NCBI GenBank assembly: GCA_963762865.1 | Contig: CAVXNC010000001.1 | Span: forward strand, 47,787 to 111,786 | DNA from: an uncultured Actinomycetota bacterium | GTDB taxonomy: Bacteria > Actinomycetota > Actinomycetes > JACCUZ01 | DNA length: 64,000 nucleotides | Direction of reading: 5' to 3' | In this document: positions 1 through 9,331 of the stretch, one piece after another | Numbering within the stretch: position 1 is the stretch's first letter | Layout of the letters: each line of letters opens with the position of its first letter | The notes under the pieces: model-generated | What the model was told of the DNA's origin: nothing | Database searches by the model: none | Seen by the model: only the letters and a program-made list of their open reading frames with translations | Position numbers and translations under genes: made by a program

Positions 1-284
1 CGGAATCGGTCGATGATCCCCTTCTGCAGGTCCTCGGCGACGCTGTATCCGGTGAACGTCGCGCCGAACACGACGGTCTGGACGAAGATCCCGGCGATCA
101 GGAACTCCCGGTAGCCGACGCCTGGGACGTCGATCGCGCCGCCGAAGACGTAGGCGAACAGCAGCACGAACATGATCGGCATCATGGTGGTCCAGACCAC
201 CAGGTCCGGCACCCGCTTGATCTTGATCAGGTTGCGCTTGGTGATGACCGACGCGTCGCTGGCGGCCTGGGTGAGGGCGCTCAT
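1..284 (-). CDS. ABC-2 type transporter permease (DrrB-like), N-terminal 94 aa only; gene continues past the window edge
   Basis: The reverse-strand translation starts with ATG at 284..282 and overlaps the upstream ATPase stop as ATGA. The protein begins MSALTQAASDASVITKRNLIKIKRVPDLVVWTTMMPIMFVLLFAYVFGGAI...GYREFLIAGIFVQTVVFGATFTGYSVAEDLQKGIIDRF, matching the conserved N-terminal region of ABC-2 permeases. Confidence 0.7.
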   Translation of the reverse strand, partial: MSALTQAASDASVITKRNLIKIKRVPDLVVWTTMMPIMFVLLFAYVFGGAIDVPGVGYREFLIAGIFVQTVVFGATFTGYSVAEDLQKGIIDRF

Positions 285-1321
285 CGGGCCGCCACCTCCT
301 TCTCCTGCTCGAGATCGACGTCCGGGTCGCTGCTGTCGTCGGTGTCGGTGGTGGTGTCCACGTCCACCGGGCGGCCGGTCAGCGACAGGAAGACGTCGTC
401 CAGGGTCGGCCGGCGCAGGGCGACGTCGTGCAGCGCGATGCCGACCGCGTCGAGCTCGCGCAGCGCGGCGATCAGGGTGCCCGAGCCGCCGTCGACGGGC
501 ACCGTCACGCGACGGGCCCGTCGCTCGACCTTCGGCTCGCCGGCGCCGAGGGGTGCAAGGACGCGGCACGCCTCGTCCAACCTGCCCGCGTCGACCACGA
601 CGAGCTCCAGTCGCTCACCGCCGACCTGTGCCTTGAGCTGGTCGGACGTTCCCTCGGCGATGACCCGGCCGTGGTCGATGACGGCGATCTTGTCGGCGAG
701 GCGGTCGGCCTCCTCGAGGTACTGCGTGGTCAGCAGCAGGGTCGTGCCGTGCCTGACCAGCTGGGCGATGACGTCCCACATCCCGAGGCGGCTGCGCGGG
801 TCGAGCCCGGTCGTCGGCTCGTCGAGGAAGAGCACCGGTGGGCGGGCGACCAGGGCGGCGGCCAGGTCCAGCCGGCGGCGCAGCCCTCCGGAGTAGCCCT
901 TGACGACCCGGTCGCCCGCGTCGACGAGGTCGAAGGTCTCCAGCAGCTCCCTGGCCCGGGTCCGGCTCTCCGACCGGCCCAGGTGGTAGAGCCGGCCGAC
1001 CATGTCGAGGTTCTCGAAGCCGGTCAGGTGCTCGTCGACCGCGGCGTACTGCCCGGACAGCCCGATGATCCGCCGCAACGCCCGCGCATCGGTGACGACG
1101 TCCAGGCCGGACACCGTCGCCCGGCCGGCGTCCGGCTTCATCAGGGTGCTCAGGATGCGCACGCAGGTCGTCTTGCCGGCCCCGTTGGGACCCAGCAGGC
1201 CGAGGATCGTGCCCTCGGGGACCCGCAGGTCGAGCCCGGTCAGTGCATGGACGTCGCCGAAGGACTTGGTCAGTCCCTCGGCCACGATGGCGTCAGTCAT
1301 CTGCTTCTCCCGAGTGGTCAC
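281..1321 (-). CDS. ABC transporter ATP-binding protein (DrrA/daunorubicin-resistance-like)
   Basis: 346-aa ORF. It has Walker A GPNGAGKTT, the ABC signature LSGGLRRRLDLAAAL, and Walker B LLFLDEPTTGLD. It is translationally coupled to the downstream permease. Confidence 0.9.
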   Translation of the reverse strand: MTTREKQMTDAIVAEGLTKSFGDVHALTGLDLRVPEGTILGLLGPNGAGKTTCVRILSTLMKPDAGRATVSGLDVVTDARALRRIIGLSGQYAAVDEHLTGFENLDMVGRLYHLGRSESRTRARELLETFDLVDAGDRVVKGYSGGLRRRLDLAAALVARPPVLFLDEPTTGLDPRSRLGMWDVIAQLVRHGTTLLLTTQYLEEADRLADKIAVIDHGRVIAEGTSDQLKAQVGGERLELVVVDAGRLDEACRVLAPLGAGEPKVERRARRVTVPVDGGSGTLIAALRELDAVGIALHDVALRRPTLDDVFLSLTGRPVDVDTTTDTDDSSDPDVDLEQEKEVAAR

Positions 1322-1408
1322 ACAGCGTCACGCGCATGGGGGTCATCCTCGTCGTGAGGTCTGACAGATCTCGACCCGATTTCTCATCGCCGAGGAGTCT
1401 TCTGGTGT

Positions 1409-1447
1409 AACGCGATACATCGCGTTAAGAACACGATACATCGCGTT
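1409..1447. promoter_or_regulatory. Two tandem palindromic operator-like sites in the promoter region of the ABC efflux operon
   Basis: AACGCGATacATCGCGTT at about 1409-1426 is a perfect 8-bp inverted repeat. AACaCGATacATCGCGTT at about 1430-1447 matches 7 of 8 positions. The centres are 21 bp apart, in a locally AT-richer stretch 90-130 bp upstream of the ATPase start at 1321. Confidence 0.4.
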
Positions 1448-1469
1448 TGGCGTTCGTCAAGTGCCGCCG

Positions 1470-2684
1470 TCAGCCGAACACGAGCGGGTAGCCGGCGGCG
1501 CGCAGCCGGGCGAGCACGTCGTCGCAGTGCTCCTCGCCGCGGGTCTCGAGCTGCAGCCGCACCTCGACCTCGTCGACCCGCAGCCGAGGGTCGGTGCGCA
1601 CGTGCTCCACCTCGAGCACGCTGGCGCCCGCCGCGGCGACCTCGGCGAGCAGCTCGACGAGGGCACCCGGCGAGTCGCTGATGCGGATCCGGAACGACAG
1701 GAACCGCCCGGCGACCGCGAGCCCGTGGCGCAGCACGCGCATCAGCAGCAGCGGGTCGATGTTGCCGCCGGAGAGCACCACGGCAACCGGCGGCTCGAAG
1801 GCCCGCGGGTCGTCCAGCACAGCGGCGACCCCGGCGGCACCGGCCGGCTCGACGACCAGCTTGGCCCGCTCCAGGCAGAGCAGCAGGGCGCGCGATATCG
1901 ACTCCTCGGAGACGGTGAGCACCTCGTCGACGTACTTCTGAACGATCTCGAAGGGCACCGGCCCGGGACAGCCGACCGCGATGCCGTCGGCCATCGTCGA
2001 CATCCGGTCGAGGACCACGGGTTGCCCGGCCGCGAGCGAGGCGGGGAAGGCGGCGGCCCGCTCGGCCTGCACGCCGACCACCCGCACGTCGGGCCGGGTC
2101 GACTTGACCGCGAGCGCGATGCCGGCGAGCAGCCCACCGCCACCGGTGCACACCACGACGGTGCGTACGTCCGGGACCTGCTCGAGGATCTCCAGCCCCA
2201 CCGTGCCCTGCCCGGCCACGATGTCCGGATGGTCGAACGGGTGGACCAGGACGGCTCCGGTCTCCTCCGAGAAGGCCTTCGCCGCCGTCAGGGCATCGTC
2301 CACCGAGTGCCCGTGGAACTGCACCGTGGCGCCGTACGCCTTGGTCGCCTGCACCTTCGGGATCGGCGCGCCCTCCGGCATGAAGACCGTCGACGCGATG
2401 CCGCGCAGCGACGCCGCCAGGGCGACGCCCTGCGCGTGGTTGCCGGCACTGGCCGCGACCACACCGCGCGCCGACTCCTCCGGGGTGAGGCGGGCGATGC
2501 GGGTGTAGGCGCCGCGGATCTTGAAGGAGCCGGCCCGCTGGAGGTTCTCGCACTTGAGCCAGACCGGACCGCCGACCCGTTCCGAGAGCGGTCGCGACCC
2601 CTGGACCGGGGTGTCACGGATGACTCCCTCGAGCAGTGCGCGGGCCGCCTTCACGTCCTCGATCGAGACCGGCAGGGTGGCCAT
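1470..2684 (-). CDS. ilvA: threonine dehydratase / threonine ammonia-lyase (biosynthetic, with C-terminal ACT-like regulatory domain)
   Basis: 404 aa, starting MATLPVSIEDVK. It carries the PLP-lysine motif SFKIRGA and the glycine-rich GGGGL loop, and is full-length for IlvA. It is the 3' part of the long ORF 1470..4565; the upstream part of that ORF is frame noise. Confidence 0.9.
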   Translation of the reverse strand: MATLPVSIEDVKAARALLEGVIRDTPVQGSRPLSERVGGPVWLKCENLQRAGSFKIRGAYTRIARLTPEESARGVVAASAGNHAQGVALAASLRGIASTVFMPEGAPIPKVQATKAYGATVQFHGHSVDDALTAAKAFSEETGAVLVHPFDHPDIVAGQGTVGLEILEQVPDVRTVVVCTGGGGLLAGIALAVKSTRPDVRVVGVQAERAAAFPASLAAGQPVVLDRMSTMADGIAVGCPGPVPFEIVQKYVDEVLTVSEESISRALLLCLERAKLVVEPAGAAGVAAVLDDPRAFEPPVAVVLSGGNIDPLLLMRVLRHGLAVAGRFLSFRIRISDSPGALVELLAEVAAAGASVLEVEHVRTDPRLRVDEVEVRLQLETRGEEHCDDVLARLRAAGYPLVFG

Positions 2685-2689
2685 GCGCG

Positions 2690-3967
2690 TCAGTCTGGCA
2701 GGTCCGGGGCGGCGCTCACGAGGCGGTCGAAGGCGAGCCGGTCGAAGGCGAACAGGGACGCGGCCATGCTGTGCAGGTGGGTGCGTCCCGCGACCGGTCC
2801 GATCTCGCCTGCGGCGAGGAAACCCGCGACGGCCGGCCGGCCCCACGCGGCTCGCACCGCGCTGGCGTCGTGGTCGGACCGGGGGAAGAAGTCGGCGCCG
2901 CGGCCGGTGCAGGAGAAGAGCAGGGCGCCGGCGGGCAGGACGGCGTCGCCCGGATAGGCGCGCAGGAGCACCGAGCGCAGGTCGTCGGCGGCCGTGGCCG
3001 CGTCCCGGACCTGGAACTGCACGGTCCGACCGACCGGGATGACGTCGCCCACCACCAGAGAGCCGCGCGCCGGGTCCGCCCCGACCACACCGCGCACCAG
3101 GAAGCCGCCAGGCGCGTGCTCGTCGGCGTACTCGTCCATCGCGACACCGAGCAGCAGGCCGCCGGTCACCATCGCCTGCTCCTCCGGGGGCAGGGCCGCG
3201 ACGAGTGCCTCCAGCTTGACCGTCGCGGGGACACCGGCGAGCCCGTGCAGCTCGTTCCCCTCCGCGGCCGTCACCGTCATGACCGGCCCCACGGGTCGGC
3301 AGCCGTGGCTGACCAGGGCTGTGGCGGCGTACCGGCCGCCGAAGGTCACCCCGACGGCGCCGCGGTCGTGCACGCGACCGTCGACGAGCAGCCGCGTCGA
3401 GCCCGCGCCGGTGGGCCCGGCGGCGAGCCCGCCGCTGACCGCGAGGCCCGGCAGGACCTCGACCGTCTGCTCGACGAACGAGTCGACCGGGAAGGAGTAC
3501 GGATCGGCCAGCAGCAGCGCAGCGGTGTCGTCCGGCAGCTGCGGAGGCAGACCGAGGACTGCGATCGACTCCGACGTGCGCAGCACCTCCAGGTGGAAGG
3601 ACCGCAGGTGCGCGCCGGGCAGGGCGGCGACCAGGACGCTGACGGCCGAGGCGTGCTCGACCGCCCGGCCGCCGCCGATGACGCCCGGCGCGTTGCAGCC
3701 GACCACGACACGCGCGCCGGTGAGGGTTGCGGCCCGCAGCAGGGCCGCCTCGGCATGGTCGGGGTCCGGCGAGCACGCGAAGATCGCGGCCAGGTCCGGT
3801 GGTGCCCCGCCCAGCGCCGGCAGCGCCGCCGCGACGGCCCGCTCGGCCGCGGCCAGCAGGTCGGCGTCCTCGCCGAGCCCGTCGCCGCACCGCACCTCGC
3901 CGCCGCCCGCTCCCACGCCCGCACCACGCACTCCCCCATCCTGACGACCGAATGTGCGCCGACACAC
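2690..3967 (-). CDS. FIST domain-containing protein (FIST_N + FIST_C sensor-like domains)
   Basis: 425-aa ORF. The N-terminal half (PDLAAIFACSPD...ARVVVGCNAPGVIGGG...SVLVAALPG) and the C-terminal half (GALLFSCTGRG...GFLAAGEIGP) follow the FIST_N/FIST_C consensus patterns. Its stop lies 5 nt from the ilvA start. Which residue is the true start is uncertain. Confidence 0.7.
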   Translation of the reverse strand: MCRRTFGRQDGGVRGAGVGAGGGEVRCGDGLGEDADLLAAAERAVAAALPALGGAPPDLAAIFACSPDPDHAEAALLRAATLTGARVVVGCNAPGVIGGGRAVEHASAVSVLVAALPGAHLRSFHLEVLRTSESIAVLGLPPQLPDDTAALLLADPYSFPVDSFVEQTVEVLPGLAVSGGLAAGPTGAGSTRLLVDGRVHDRGAVGVTFGGRYAATALVSHGCRPVGPVMTVTAAEGNELHGLAGVPATVKLEALVAALPPEEQAMVTGGLLLGVAMDEYADEHAPGGFLVRGVVGADPARGSLVVGDVIPVGRTVQFQVRDAATAADDLRSVLLRAYPGDAVLPAGALLFSCTGRGADFFPRSDHDASAVRAAWGRPAVAGFLAAGEIGPVAGRTHLHSMAASLFAFDRLAFDRLVSAAPDLPD

Positions 3968-4067
3968 CAGTTCGTCGGCGTGTCCGGTGTGTCATCGCAC
4001 AATCGGGGCGCGGGGTGGCCGGAATCGGCTCTGGGTTTCGGCTGCGGCCGGACGTACGGTCGGGACC

Positions 4068-5459
4068 ATGCAGCGACCGAGGACCCTGGGCGAGCTGCGG
4101 GCCTCGGGGCACGCACCGAAGTCCGTCAAGCAGGAGATCCGCGACAACCTGGTGGCCAGCCTGGCCTCCGGCGCGCCGCGCTTCGAGGGCATCGTCGGCT
4201 TCGACGAGACGGTGCTGCCGGCGCTGGAGCGGGCCCTGCTGGCCGGCCACGACCTGGTGCTGCTCGGCGAGCGCGGACAGGGCAAGACCCGGCTGATCCG
4301 CACCCTGGTGTCGCTGCTGGACGAGTGGACGCCGGTGGTCGACGGCTGCGAGATCAACGACCACCCGGAGGCCCCGGTCTGCGCGCGCTGCCGGCGGCTG
4401 CACGCCGAGCTCGGCGACGCACTGCCTGTCGGGTGGCGCCACCGCAGCGAGCGGTACGCCGAGAAGCTGGCCACCCCGGACACCAGCGTGGGTGACCTGA
4501 TCGGCGACATCGACCCGGTCAAGGTCGCCGAGGGCCGCACGCTGGGCGACCCCGAGACGGTGCACTACGGCCTGGTCCCGCGCAGCAACCGCGGCATCTT
4601 CGCGATCAACGAGCTACCCGACCTCGCCGAGCGGATCCAGGTGTCGCTGCTCAACGTCCTGGAGGAGCGCGACATCCAGATCCGCGGCTACAACCTGCGG
4701 CTGCCGCTCGACGTGCTGCTGGTGGCCAGCGCGAACCCCGAGGACTACACGAACCGCGGCCGGATCATCACTCCGCTCAAGGACCGCTTCGGCGCCGAGA
4801 TCCGCACCCACTACCCCGACCTGCTCGAGGACGAGGTCGACGTCATCCGGCAGGAGTCGCACCTGGGCGCGCTGGTGCCGGACTTCCTCCTCGAGGTGGC
4901 CGCGCGTTTCGCCCGCAACGTGCGCGAGTCGTCGTCGGTCGACCAGCGCTCAGGGGTCTCGGCGCGCTTCGGCATCGCAGCCGCCGAGACGGTGGCGGCG
5001 TCCGCGTTGCGCCGGTCGGCACTGACCGGCGAGCGGCCCGCCGTCGCGCGGGTCTGCGACCTGCCCGCGACGGTGGCGACCCTGCGCGGCAAGGTCGAGT
5101 TCGAGGTCGACGAGGAGGGCCGCGAGCTCGAGGTGCTGGCACACCTGCTCCGGCGGTCGACGGTGGAGACCTTCCGCGCGCACCTCGGTGCCTCCGACCT
5201 GCGCCCGCTGATCGAGAAGTTCGACGAGGGCCTGGCCGTGAACAGCGGCGACCTCGTGCCGGGGCGGCGACTGCTGGAGCAGGTCGGTCCGCTCCCCGGG
5301 CTGGCGCACGTGCTCGAGCGGCTGGGCGTCGACGAGGGGGCCGAGACCCCCGAGCTCGCCGCGAGCGGGCTGGAGTTCGCCCTCGAGGGCCTCTTCCTCA
5401 ACCGGCGGATCAGCAAGGACGACAGCACCGACGGCGGCATCCGGTACGAGGCCTCGTGA
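4068..5459 (+). CDS. ChlI/BchI-like AAA+ ATPase (Mg-chelatase-subunit-like, mycobacterial Rv0958-type)
   Basis: 463 aa from MQRPRTLG. It has Walker A GERGQGKT, Walker B VLLVASANPEDY, and LKDRFGAEI, which resembles the ChlI LLDRFG motif. The next gene downstream is a VWA protein. Confidence 0.8.
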   Translation: MQRPRTLGELRASGHAPKSVKQEIRDNLVASLASGAPRFEGIVGFDETVLPALERALLAGHDLVLLGERGQGKTRLIRTLVSLLDEWTPVVDGCEINDHPEAPVCARCRRLHAELGDALPVGWRHRSERYAEKLATPDTSVGDLIGDIDPVKVAEGRTLGDPETVHYGLVPRSNRGIFAINELPDLAERIQVSLLNVLEERDIQIRGYNLRLPLDVLLVASANPEDYTNRGRIITPLKDRFGAEIRTHYPDLLEDEVDVIRQESHLGALVPDFLLEVAARFARNVRESSSVDQRSGVSARFGIAAAETVAASALRRSALTGERPAVARVCDLPATVATLRGKVEFEVDEEGRELEVLAHLLRRSTVETFRAHLGASDLRPLIEKFDEGLAVNSGDLVPGRRLLEQVGPLPGLAHVLERLGVDEGAETPELAASGLEFALEGLFLNRRISKDDSTDGGIRYEAS

Positions 5460-5475
5460 GCCGAGGGGGTCGACG

Positions 5476-7474
5476 ATGACGCGGCCGCGGGGCTACCGGT
5501 ACGGCAGCTGGCACGAGGGGCCAGACCCGCTCGCCCCGCCCTACGACGTGCGGCGCGCCCTGGACCGCCTCGGTGACGACGTGCTCACCGGCTCCACGCC
5601 GCGCGACGCCCTGCGCCGGCTCCTGCGCCAGGGCATGGACGGCGACGGCCCGCGCGGTCTCGACGACATGCTCCGGCGGCTGCGCGAGCAGCGGAAGCGG
5701 CTGCGCGAGAGCGGCCGGCTGGACGGCACCCTGCAGGAGGTGCGCCGCCTGATCGACACCGCGGTCGGGCAGGAGCGGTCGGCGCTCTTCCCGGACCCCT
5801 CCGACGACGCGCGCTTCCGCGAGGCCACCCTCGACGCGCTGCCGTCGGACCCGGCCCGCGCCGTGCGCCAGCTGGACTCCTACGACTGGCGGTCGCCGGA
5901 GGCCGCGCAGACCTTCGAGCAGGTGAAGGACCTGCTGCGCCGCGAGGTGCTCGACACCCAGTTCCGGGGCATGAAGCAGGCTCTCGAGAATCCCGACCCG
6001 GCGGCCATGCAGCGCATCAAGGACATGCTGGCCGGCCTCAACGAGATGCTGGCGGCTGATGCCCGGGGTGAGCACACCCAGGAGCAGTTCGACGAGTTCA
6101 TGGCGGCGTACGGCGACATGTTCCCGGAGGACCCGCGCGACCTCGAGGAGCTGGTCGACCTGCTCGCCCGCCGGGCCGCCGCGGCCGAGCGGATGATGCA
6201 GTCGCTCACGCCGCAGCAGCGCGACGAGCTGGCCGCCCTGATGGCCGGCGCGCTCGAGGACATGGACCTGGCCAGCCAGATGTCCCAGCTCGGCGAGGCG
6301 CTGCGCAGCCGGCGACCGGACCTGGACTGGAGCGGCCGGGAGCGGGTTCGCGGCGAGCAGCCGCTCGGCGCGGGTGACGCGACGAGCGCGGTGCAGGACC
6401 TCGCCGACCTCGAGGAGCTCGAGGCGGCGGTCGGCCAGGACTACCCCGGCGCCAGCCTGGAGGACGTCGACGAGGAGGCGGTGCGCCGCGCGCTCGGCCG
6501 CCGGGCCGCCGACGACCTCAGTGAGCTGCGGCGGCTGGAGCGCGAGCTCGAGGAGCAGGGCTACGTCAACCGGACCGGGCGGCCGGCTGCAGCTGACCGC
6601 GAAGGCGATCCGGCGGCTCGGGCAGACCGCGCTGCGCAAGGTCTTCGCCGACCTGCACGCGACGGCGCGAGGCGGCCATGACGTGAACGACGCCGGCCAG
6701 GCCGGTGAGGTCACCGGCGCGAGTCGCCAGTGGCAGTTCGGCGACGAGCAGCCGCTCGACGTCGTGCGCACTCTCACCAACGCGGTGCGGGCCGGGCGGG
6801 CCTCGATCGGCCCTGACGTCACCCGCCGCGGCATCCGGCTGCGGACAGACGACTTCGAGGTGGCCGAGACCGACCGGCGCACGTCGGCAGCCGTGTGCCT
6901 GCTCGTCGACCTCTCCTACTCGATGGTGCTGCGCGACACCTGGGGCGCGGCGAAGGCGACCGCGCTGGCGCTGCACTCACTGGTCAGCGGGCAGTTCCCG
7001 CAGGACGCGCTCACCATCATCGGCTTCTCGTCGTTCGCCCGGACGCTGTCGGCCACCGAGCTCGCCGAGATGGACGCCGACTACGTGCAGGGCACCAACC
7101 TGCAGCACGCGCTGATCCTCGCCGGCCGCTTCCTCGACGAGCACCCGCAGGCCGAGCCGGTGGTGCTCGTGGTGACCGACGGCGAGCCCACCGCGCACCT
7201 GCTCCCGGGCGGGCAGCCGTGGTTCGCCTGGCCGCCGGAGCCGGAGACGATCGAGCTCACCGTGGCCGAGGTCGACCGGATGACCCGACGCGGCGCGGCA
7301 CTCAACGTCTTCGCCCTCGACGACGACCCGCGGCTGCTCGGTTTCATGCAGGAGCTCGCGCGCCGCAACGGCGGACGGGTCCTGCAGCCCGACCCGCGTC
7401 GCCTCGGGCAGTACGTCGTCAGCGACTACCTCTCGCGACGGTCCGGCGGGCGCCGGGGCCGTCGGGCCGGGTGA
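5476..7474 (+). pseudogene. von Willebrand factor A (VWA) domain protein, Rv0959-like, with an apparent +1 frameshift near 6575-6590
   Basis: The N-terminal ~365 aa are in ORF 5476..6681 and end ...LEEQGYVNRTG. The continuation, ...GGRLQLTAKAIRRLGQTALRKVF...VCLLVDLSYSMV...VVLVVTDGEPT (the VWA MIDAS-type motifs), is in ORF 6374..7474. Total length is 1999 nt, which is 1 mod 3. The shift falls in the run ccgggcggccgg. Confidence 0.65.
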
Positions 7475-8319
7475 CCGCCCCGCGGCTCTTCGGCGTCTCG
7501 GCCCGTGACGTTCCGGTGGTCGCCGTCATCCGCCGCGGACCGAGCAGCTGGTGCCAGCTCGGCCGCTGGACGGTCGGGGCGGAGCCGACGTACGAGCCGG
7601 GCTCCTGGCTGCGGGCGACGGTCTACCCGCAGCGCTGCGCGCTCTCACCGGACGGACGATGGCTGTCCTACTTCGCGCTCGGCGGTCCGGCCAGGTGGGC
7701 CGCCGGCGGCACGTACGTCGCCGTGTCCCGGCTGCCCTGGGCCCGCGCCCTGGCTGCGTGGGGCACCGGCGGCACCTGGACCCTCGGCGCGGAGTTCCGT
7801 GACGACCGGTCGGTGTGGGAGGTCGGTGACCCGGACGAGGGCGATCCCGCTGCCCTCCGGGAGCGCTACGGCTTGGGCTGGGTCCGTCCGGTGACGTACG
7901 CCGCGGAGCGCCGGGCCGGCTGGGTCGAGTCGCCGGCCTCCCCGCCCTACGACCCGGCCGACGTGTGGGAGATCCGCCGCGCCCCGCACATCGTCATGCA
8001 GCGGCCCCGGCCGGCCGGGCAGGAGGTCCTGTCGGTGCGCGGTGCGCTGGCCGCCTACCGCTCCGGCGACGCGCGGCGCTACGGGCCGCCGGACTACCGG
8101 CTCGACGACGAGCCGCTGCCCGGCGTCCAGTGGGCCGACTGGTCCCCCCACGGCGACCTGCTGGTGGCCACGACCGACGGCCGCCTGCAGGTCAGGCGGG
8201 TCGGGCAGGGCGACAAGGGCGGCAGCGGCGGCATCGGCGGCGCGGTCGGCTGGGAGACCGACCTGTCCGGGCTCGCGCCCGACCCGCAGCCGCCGCCTGC
8301 CGACGCCGACCGGTGGTGA
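7471..8319 (+). CDS. hypothetical protein (Trp/Gly-rich, no recognisable domain)
   Basis: The GTG start overlaps the VWA stop as GTGA. The 282-aa product runs VTAPRLFGVSARDVPVVAVIRRG...WLSYFALGGPARWAAGG... Its codon usage is consistent with neighbouring genes. Confidence 0.45.
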   Translation: MTAPRLFGVSARDVPVVAVIRRGPSSWCQLGRWTVGAEPTYEPGSWLRATVYPQRCALSPDGRWLSYFALGGPARWAAGGTYVAVSRLPWARALAAWGTGGTWTLGAEFRDDRSVWEVGDPDEGDPAALRERYGLGWVRPVTYAAERRAGWVESPASPPYDPADVWEIRRAPHIVMQRPRPAGQEVLSVRGALAAYRSGDARRYGPPDYRLDDEPLPGVQWADWSPHGDLLVATTDGRLQVRRVGQGDKGGSGGIGGAVGWETDLSGLAPDPQPPPADADRW

Positions 8320-8658
8320 CGGCCAGAGGTTGACGGCCGGGCCCCGCGCGGAAGCCCTCAGGCCGACGGTCCGACCTGCCGAGTACACTGGTGAGCAGCA
8401 ACCCACCCAGAGGTTGCCCGGAGCACGCCACGTTCGGCGTGCCCGGTCCGTTCACGGCGCAGCGTTGCGCCCAGCACAAAGGGCCCCCGAGGCGGAGCCG
8501 GCTATGGCCGGCCGAGCAGCCGCACCCCACCCGCACGGGTCGGGTTGCCTGGCCGGTGGTCCGGTGGGAGAGGAGACCGTCATGGTCGAGGACGACTACG
8601 GTCCTTGGGACGACTGACCCAGCCGCACGGCTGGTCGGTCCTCCGGGACAGACGACAC

Positions 8659-8692
8659 GACGCCCCGTCCGGCACCTGCCGGGCGGGGCGTC
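8659..8692. terminator. GC-rich stem-loop with nested palindromes between convergent genes; a candidate bidirectional terminator
   Basis: GACGCCCCG-tccggcacctgccggg-CGGGGCGTC forms a 9-bp outer stem. The loop contains a second palindrome, CCGGCAccTGCCGG. There is no U-tract, as is common for terminators in high-GC actinobacteria. Confidence 0.35.
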
Positions 8693-8737
8693 CGTGCGTC
8701 CAGGCCGGCGTTGCCTGGGCGCGCGCGACGGCGCCGC

Positions 8738-9331
8738 TCAGAGACCCGGCAGCGAGATGGTCACCGACGGCAGCGGCGGGAGCGGCAGCGTCGGCCCATG
8801 CGACGGGTCGTCGGTCGGCTCGGTCGGCGCGGTCGGCTCGGTCGACGCCGTGGGCTCGGACGTCGCGCTGACAGTGGGGTCGCCGGTCGGCTGGGAGGTC
8901 GGCTGGGCCGACGAGTCGCCGGTCGACCCGCCCGAGGCGGTGACCGAACCCGATCTCGGCGAGGTCGCAGTGCCGCCGGCCGACCCGCTGCCACCGGCAC
9001 CGGAGCCGACGCCAGCCGCACCGGCAGCGCTGGCAGAGTCGGGCTCGGCGGTGGGGACCGCGCTGGCCTCCGTCGTCGGCTGGGCCGACTCGGGGAAGCT
9101 CAGCAGCGTGGTGCGGCTCGGGCCGTCGGACCCGTGCGAGGTCGCCCCGGCGCTGCTCCCCGGACGACCGGTCCCGTCGCGCAGGGCGGCGCTGGTGAGC
9201 GGCCCGAGCAGGGCCACGGCGGCGACGGTGCCGCCCACGGCGAGCGGGACGGCTGCCTCGGCGGCCCGGGCGGGGCGCCCCCGGCGGCGGTGCCGGCCAC
9301 GGCGGCCGGGCGTTGTGCTGGACACGCGCAT
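8738..9331 (-). CDS. secreted/membrane-anchored low-complexity Ser/Thr/Pro/Gly-rich protein
   Basis: 197 aa from MRVSSTTPGRRGRHRRRGRPARAAEAAVPLAVGGTVAAVALLGPL, an Arg-rich N-terminus followed by a hydrophobic segment. Then comes an STPG-rich region with EPTASTEPTAPTEPTDDP repeats, encoded by degenerate ggtcggctc-type DNA repeats. Several overlapping ORFs exist here in other frames; this one was chosen because of its signal-anchor-like N-terminus. Confidence 0.4.
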   Translation of the reverse strand: MRVSSTTPGRRGRHRRRGRPARAAEAAVPLAVGGTVAAVALLGPLTSAALRDGTGRPGSSAGATSHGSDGPSRTTLLSFPESAQPTTEASAVPTAEPDSASAAGAAGVGSGAGGSGSAGGTATSPRSGSVTASGGSTGDSSAQPTSQPTGDPTVSATSEPTASTEPTAPTEPTDDPSHGPTLPLPPLPSVTISLPGL

